DNA of 64,000 bases from an uncultured bacterium (GTDB lineage Bacteria > Verrucomicrobiota > Verrucomicrobiia > Verrucomicrobiales > DEV007): NCBI GenBank assembly GCA_963977015.1, contig CAXBMO010000018.1, positions 1 to 64,000 of the forward strand, read 5' to 3'. Shown piece after piece: positions 59,701-64,000 of the stretch. Under the pieces are notes generated by a model, which was not told where the DNA came from, did not search any database, and worked only from the letters and a program-made list of their open reading frames with translations. Numbering within the stretch: position 1 is the stretch's first letter; every line of letters starts with the position of its first letter. The translations under genes were made by a program, and so were the position numbers.

Positions 59701-61140
59701 TATCCCGACCTGCTTCTTGATGCCTGCACCAAACTGGCCAACGACGCCGATCCCCAGGTTCGCCGGGAAGTCGCGATTGCGATCCGGTTCGACGGCAGCG
59801 CCAAAGCCAACGAAATCTGGGCAACGCTTGCAGGAAACCTTGAACCCGGCGATCGCTGGGGACTCGAAGCCCTGGGAATTGGCGCCGACCTGCATTGGGA
59901 CGCGAGGTGGGCTGCGTTTGAGAATCTCGACGACCAACCGGCAGCATCGTATCATCATGTTTCCTGGCGGGCTCGCGACTCCCAAGCCGCGTGGCGCACC
60001 GCAAATTACTTGGAGGGCAACACGCCAAAGCCGGACGCCGCCAAACATCTTCGCAAGCTCCATTTCGTCGATCAGGAACAACGCGATGAAGCCTATCGCC
60101 GGATCTTTCTGACGGCATCGCCGGATGCGGCGCTGTTCGCCGCCGGTCAACTTGGCCCCGACAAGATCAAGACGATCGATGGCGGTCCAGCCCGGCTCGA
60201 TTCGCTGCTCGGGCCGATTCGCGGCAAAGCTGAGTTTGTCCAACTCGCGGCAACGCTCAATCTTCGCGGTTTCGGGGACGAATTGATCGGCTTCATCGTG
60301 ACCAATCCCGGCAGCTCCGAATCCGTCACCGCTGCAAGGCTGTTGTTGAATGATCGCGGTGCGATTTTCCCAATTCTACGCGGCAAAGACACCGCCAAGG
60401 CGGAGGCGGTCGCGACGGCGTTCGGCAAAACCGGCGATCGCAATGCGACCAGACTTCTCGCCGACGAATTGAAACGAGCAGAGGTAAGTCCCGCCACCAA
60501 AGTTTCCATCGTCCGTGCGTTGGCGATCTCCAATCAAGGCGGGCGCGAACTCCTTGGCCTTGCCCAGAAAAATCAGCTCAGCGACGCGCTGAAACCGGTC
60601 GCCGCCCTCAGCCTCTCGCAAAGCGCGGACGGGGGAATTCGGAACGCCGCCGCACAAAGCCTCCCGATCCCGAAGGCGCAAGGTGTCGAGAATTTACCAC
60701 CCGTGGTCAAATTGTTACAAATGAAGGCCGATCCGAAAAACGGCGTCGCCGCGTTTTCGAAAGCCGCCTGCATGACCTGTCACAAGGTGAAGGGCCAATT
60801 CATCGACTTCGGACCGGATCTCAGCGAAATCGGGAACAAGCTTTCCAAGGAGGCGATGTTTGAGGCGATTCTGTATCCGAGTGTCGCCATCAGCCACGGG
60901 TTTCACGGGGTCGCCCTCAAAACGAACAGTGGAGAAACCTTCAGTGGCTACATTACGGGGGAAACCGACGACGAAGTCACCTTGCGATTGCCCGGCGGAG
61001 TCAGCCGGGCCTTTCCCACGAAGGATCTCTCTGCTCGCGAAAATCTGGAGCAGAGCCTGATGCCTCCGGGATTGGCGGCGGCCCTGACGACTCAGGAGCT
61101 GGTGGATTTGGTCGCCTACCTCCAGAGTCTCAAGGGCTAG
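56800..61140 (+). CDS. PVC-type heme-binding CxxCH protein: ThuA-like + NPCBM + dehydrogenase-like propeller + HEAT repeats + cytochrome c
   Basis: 'GLACLHYA..DEWYF', 'GVHAPS..F.G.VGID', 'FASEPMI..P', 'WFRPSDV..APDG', 'CMTCH..GPDLS', 'SLMPPGL'. Confidence 0.9.
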   Translation: MPLKSLAFVLFLTLFAPFSGFAQDKKIICFVGHRTSHGFGKHEYHAGNHLIGEWLEKAYPGQIEARYSVNWPENETEFFANADSVVFFCSGGGGHLVNNHVPFFDQVMKTGAGLACLHYAVEVPIGPSAKGMLNWMGGYFEANWSVNPHWVADFQLFPNHPAANGVKPFKSDDEWYFHMRFRGDMEGIVPILSAVAPAETMKRGDGPHSGNPTVRKAVAAREPQHVAWTYQRGDDYQQGRGFGFTGLHYHWNWLDDSFRKTVLNGVAWSAKLPIPENGVESARPTKEELEANVLEYGGAQNRKPQPKKAAKAESGPSPVNPNAKPIWESPVVNESTPGMAVAVDIAIPTGTKELYLAVSDVDGMSFDWANWIEPKLILADGAEKKLTDLHWKSASVGWGNAHKNRNAGGKEMMTAGKKIPFGVGVHAPSMLVYEIPDGVKRFQGRVGIDNGGSDQNGQSTIRFHIFNENPGAFAKKSSGGGGGNAAGHDPGEALDSLNVHPELKAQLFASEPMILSPSAIDVDAQGRAWVCEVINYRRHQGKRPEGDRIVILEDTDGDAKADKSTVFYQGTDIDSAHGICVLGDRVIISAGDDVFSLYDRNGDGKADPGSKELMFTKIGGKQHDHGIHAFHFGPDGRLYFNFGNAGKQLCDAEGKIVIDIAGNEVRGGNLPYQEGMVFRCELDGSNVETLGWNFRNNWEAVPDSFGTVWQSDNDDDGNLGVRINYVMEYGNYGYKDEKTRAGWRDPRPNLEAEIPLRHWHLNDPGVVPNLIQTGAGSPTGICVYEGDLLPEIFRGQPIHSDAGPNVVRAYVTENDGAGYSAEMVNILDSSKDRWFRPSDVCVAPDGSLIVADWYDPGVGGHGMGDLERGRIFRVTVPGKERYQSPKEASLGSPNKDAFYQAWQKVADKENSRGELEKHFAGATPADQVTRARSLWLLARLDPRAATVALGDSEPKIRMVALRAIRQLYPDLLLDACTKLANDADPQVRREVAIAIRFDGSAKANEIWATLAGNLEPGDRWGLEALGIGADLHWDARWAAFENLDDQPAASYHHVSWRARDSQAAWRTANYLEGNTPKPDAAKHLRKLHFVDQEQRDEAYRRIFLTASPDAALFAAGQLGPDKIKTIDGGPARLDSLLGPIRGKAEFVQLAATLNLRGFGDELIGFIVTNPGSSESVTAARLLLNDRGAIFPILRGKDTAKAEAVATAFGKTGDRNATRLLADELKRAEVSPATKVSIVRALAISNQGGRELLGLAQKNQLSDALKPVAALSLSQSADGGIRNAAAQSLPIPKAQGVENLPPVVKLLQMKADPKNGVAAFSKAACMTCHKVKGQFIDFGPDLSEIGNKLSKEAMFEAILYPSVAISHGFHGVALKTNSGETFSGYITGETDDEVTLRLPGGVSRAFPTKDLSARENLEQSLMPPGLAAALTTQELVDLVAYLQSLKG

Positions 61141-61405
61141 GAGCGTTTGGAATTGATGACAGACTCGCAAGGTATTGCGAGGGTTGGGTGAAGCGTGGCT
61201 TCGCCCGCGATTGAAACGCGGTTCGGAGCATTGTGACGATGCTCATCGCCGCCCCGAGCCATCATTCCTGGTCGAAAAAGTCACTCGCAGCGCGTCTCGC
61301 CCTCATTTTCAAACGCCGCCCTATGGTTTGACAGCCATGAGGCTTATGGCATAAATCCTGCGTTCGCGGGGAGAGACGCAACCACGTTTCCCCCTCTGAA
61401 AACCT

Positions 61406-62893
61406 ATGAAGTCTAAATTCGCCCTACCTGTCCCCCCTCGATCGCTCAACGAGAAAGTCGCTCAGCCGAAATCTCGCTACGCCCATGAACTTTCCGGTCA
61501 GGGAAAGACTTCTTCCGCTCCGGTGGCCAAACCATCCGGGCTCTTGATGAACACACCCCGGAGCGCGCAGGGTGCCCGGAAGAGCGCATTTCTTTCCGCC
61601 CGCGACAGCGAGGCAACTCCGCAGCCAGTAGTCGCAGCGGCTCCAGCAAAACCAGCGGTTCCAACACCAGCACCCGCGAAGCCGACGGCGACTCCAGCCG
61701 TTCCAACGCCCGGACCCGCGATACCGGCGGCGACTCCATCTGTTCCAACGCCCGGACCCGCGAAACCAGCGGCGTCTCCAGCCGTTCCAACGCCTGCGCC
61801 CGCGAAACCGGCGGCGACTCCATCTGTTCCAACGCCCGGCCCAGCAAAACCGGCGGCGTCTCCTACGGTTCCAACGCCGGAACCCGCGAAACCAGCAGCA
61901 TCTCCAGCCGCTCCAACTCCGGAACCCGCGAAACCAGCAGCGTCTCCAACCGTTCCAACGCCGGCCCCCGCGAAACCAGCAGCGTCTCCAGCCGTTCCAA
62001 CGCCGGAGCCCGCGAAACCAGCGGCGACTCCAACCGTTCCAACGCCCGAGCCCGCAAAACCAGCTGCGTCTCCAGCCGTTCCAACGCCGGAGCCCACAAA
62101 ACCAGCGGCGACTCCAACGGTTCCAACACCCGGCCCCGCAAAACCAGCTGCGTCTCCAGCCGTTCCAACGCCCGAGCCCGCAAAACCAGCTGCGTCCCCA
62201 GCCGTTCCAACGCCCGAGCCCGCAAAACCAGCAGCGTCTCCAACGGTCCCAACGCCGGAACCGGCAAAACCAGCGGCGTCTCCAGCCGTTCCAACTCCGG
62301 AACCCGCGAAACCAGTTGCGTCTCCAGCCGTCCCAACGCCGGAACCCGCGAAACCAGCGGCGACTCCAGCCGTTCCAACGCCGGAACCCGCGAAACCAGC
62401 TGCGTCTCCAGCCGTTCCAACTCCGGAACCCGCGAAACCAGCAGCGACTCCAGCCGTTCCAACGCCGGAACCCGCGAAACCAGCAGCTTCTCCAACCGTT
62501 CCAACGCCGGAACCCGCGAAACCAGCAGCGACTCCAACGGTTCCAACTCCGGAACCCGCGAAACCAGCGGCGTCTCCAGCCGTTCCAACGCCGGAACCGG
62601 CAAAATCCGCTCCCCAACCTGCGCCCGCCTCTCCTCCGCCAAGCGAGAAGGTCGCTGCGGTTGCCGCCAAGCGGAGCATTCCAGCCGAAGCTCAAGGCGC
62701 CGCCGCCGCCGCGAAAAAGGCGGCAAGCAATGAGCCGAGCGATACTCGACCACGCTGGATCCTCATGATTCTCTTTCTGGTCGCTTTTATTGCCTTTGCC
62801 GTGCTGGTGGTGCTTCCCCGGATTAACTCCTCGTCAGCCGAAGACAGCGGCGCTCAGGGAGAGACAGAGACTCCCGCCGCCACGACCGAATAG
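61406..62893 (+). CDS. Pro/Ala-rich tandem-repeat membrane protein
   Basis: About 22 copies of the 14-aa unit (PTPEPAKPAASPAV); single C-terminal TM 'WILMILFLVAFIAFAVLVVL'. Confidence 0.8.
   Translation: MKSKFALPVPPRSLNEKVAQPKSRYAHELSGQGKTSSAPVAKPSGLLMNTPRSAQGARKSAFLSARDSEATPQPVVAAAPAKPAVPTPAPAKPTATPAVPTPGPAIPAATPSVPTPGPAKPAASPAVPTPAPAKPAATPSVPTPGPAKPAASPTVPTPEPAKPAASPAAPTPEPAKPAASPTVPTPAPAKPAASPAVPTPEPAKPAATPTVPTPEPAKPAASPAVPTPEPTKPAATPTVPTPGPAKPAASPAVPTPEPAKPAASPAVPTPEPAKPAASPTVPTPEPAKPAASPAVPTPEPAKPVASPAVPTPEPAKPAATPAVPTPEPAKPAASPAVPTPEPAKPAATPAVPTPEPAKPAASPTVPTPEPAKPAATPTVPTPEPAKPAASPAVPTPEPAKSAPQPAPASPPPSEKVAAVAAKRSIPAEAQGAAAAAKKAASNEPSDTRPRWILMILFLVAFIAFAVLVVLPRINSSSAEDSGAQGETETPAATTE
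61660..62605 (+). repeat. 42-bp coding tandem repeat (about 22 units)
   Basis: Repeated CCAACGCCGGAACCCGCGAAACCAGCGGCG(T/A)CTCCAGCCGTT with synonymous variation. Confidence 0.92.
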
Positions 62894-62919
62894 GGCAGCT
62901 CATCTCTATTGAAAATGCT

Positions 62920-63789
62920 CTAACTCGACAAAGCGAGGCTTCCTCGATCCTGATCGAGCAACTTCAAGAGTTGTCGATAGTCCGCGACCTGCTCCTCCAA
63001 CACTTGAGCGGCCACGCGGCGAGCCGATCCCGAAACCTTGCTCTGATTGAGGGCCTCCAACTGAGTTCGCGAGTTCTCGGCGCAGTATCGATCTCGAGTT
63101 TCCACCCCTAAAAATTGATGGATCTCACCCAATAACTGGGCCGGTGCACGACACAAGGCTTCGAACTGCCCGAGAAAGACGTTGCCGGAGCCAAGTTGCC
63201 CCTGCCATCGTTCAATCAGCTCGGAATACAGCATGGATTGGCCTTCGTAATCAGACCGCAGAAAGACGCCGAGCTCGCTGTCGGGAATTTGATTGAGGGA
63301 AACGCCGAATTTTCGGGCAAACACTTTCTCCGCCGATGCCACCGCCCGATCAACCGGATCGCGCAGGATCAAAATGGCCTTGAGACCGGAATTCAGCATC
63401 GCGATTTCTTCGACCACTTCGCGGGACAAGCTCGCGTAGGACTCCGACATATCGCCGATGATTTGAGGCCGATAAACCGTCCCGAAACGTCGCAGTGCTT
63501 CGAAGGTTTTTTTGGCAAAACGCCCGGGCGTATCCTGCAGGTGTTCCAGGTATTGCCGAAAAGAGGGCTGCACGAAAGGAGACCGCCTCTTTGTTCCCAA
63601 ATCTGCAATGAACTTGTTTTCAGTCGATTGCGGCAAAAAGACCTGCGGATGAGCGCTCAGGTTCGCATGAAGCCATTCCGTCCCCGTCTCCGGAGGGCTG
63701 ATCACCAGGAAGTCGGGAAACCGGGAAAGGTCGGACTCAGAAACATCATGGAGGGAAATTCGGCGAACTCGGGGCTGAGAATCGTTCAT
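62920..63789 (-). CDS. Sulfotransferase family protein
   Basis: 'PDFLVISPPETGTEWL..NL..HP.VF' (5'-PSB-like) and 'ILILRDPVDRA.S' (3'-PB). Confidence 0.75.
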   Translation of the reverse strand: MNDSQPRVRRISLHDVSESDLSRFPDFLVISPPETGTEWLHANLSAHPQVFLPQSTENKFIADLGTKRRSPFVQPSFRQYLEHLQDTPGRFAKKTFEALRRFGTVYRPQIIGDMSESYASLSREVVEEIAMLNSGLKAILILRDPVDRAVASAEKVFARKFGVSLNQIPDSELGVFLRSDYEGQSMLYSELIERWQGQLGSGNVFLGQFEALCRAPAQLLGEIHQFLGVETRDRYCAENSRTQLEALNQSKVSGSARRVAAQVLEEQVADYRQLLKLLDQDRGSLALSS

Positions 63790-63811
63790 GTTTCGGAAAC
63801 GCGGTGGGGTA

Positions 63812-63835
63812 GATAATTAGGTTATCCTAATTATC
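63812..63835. promoter_or_regulatory. Perfect inverted repeat, candidate metalloregulator operator
   Basis: GATAATTAGG-TTAT-CCTAATTATC just upstream of the sulfotransferase start. Confidence 0.55.
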
Positions 63836-64000
63836 CTGCAACCAAAACTTTCTCCCCCGCTCTGGCAAGAAACAAAAACGCCCGGTTTCCTCAGGGGGAT
63901 CGTTTTTAGCTCTGCTGCTGATGCTACTCTTGTCGACGATGGTGTTGATCGTCCAAACCATCTACTTTTTGCTTGGAACCAGCATAGCCTTGATTTCTAT

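Noticed and set aside
57373-60243. 956-aa antisense ORF (also 20532-22436, 24826-26163, 52184-53689, 2829-3896)
   Set aside because: Shadow ORFs opposite well-supported genes, expected from GC-rich codon bias; no recognisable motifs.
61424-62753. Repetitive minus-strand ORFs (Gly/Ala-rich, Arg/Trp-rich)
   Set aside because: Alternative frames of the 42-bp repeat; the plus frame has a proper start, synonymous third-position variation and a TM segment.

Overview
64 kb of GC-rich bacterial chromosome with a gene repertoire typical of the PVC superphylum, most likely Verrucomicrobiota (inferred from three DUF1553/DUF1501 gene pairs, DUF1552, sulfatases, PQQ-like propellers and a PVC-type CxxCH heme protein). 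Most of it is housekeeping or accessory metabolism: tRNA-Ser, prmA, an aminotransferase, a two-component pair, an ECF/FecR pair and an IclR regulator. Two regions stand out. (1) 43.5-49.75 kb is a minus-strand integron-type gene-cassette array with three cassettes, an attI-like head and no integrase in the window. Every attC-type site is occupied by a mobile element: an intact IS110/IS1111-type element plus a truncated copy at the identical attC position, an intact group IIC intron, the 3' remnant of a second and different group II intron, and an inverted IS91-like remnant. The IS1111 3' non-coding region carries two parallel motifs that match the attC target (GAACAAG) and the element's own donor end (ATGGAAG), i.e. 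a readable candidate bridge/seek RNA programmed against attC sites. (2) 20.3-26.2 kb is a sucrose operon whose first gene is a three-domain SPP(intact)-SPS-SPP(degenerate) fusion, followed by a ROK fructokinase and an amylosucrase. Also present are a 1.3 kb nested REP/REPIN-like palindrome cluster, several candidate operators and a protein with 14-aa tandem repeats. All calls come from reading the sequence and motifs by eye; no searches were run.
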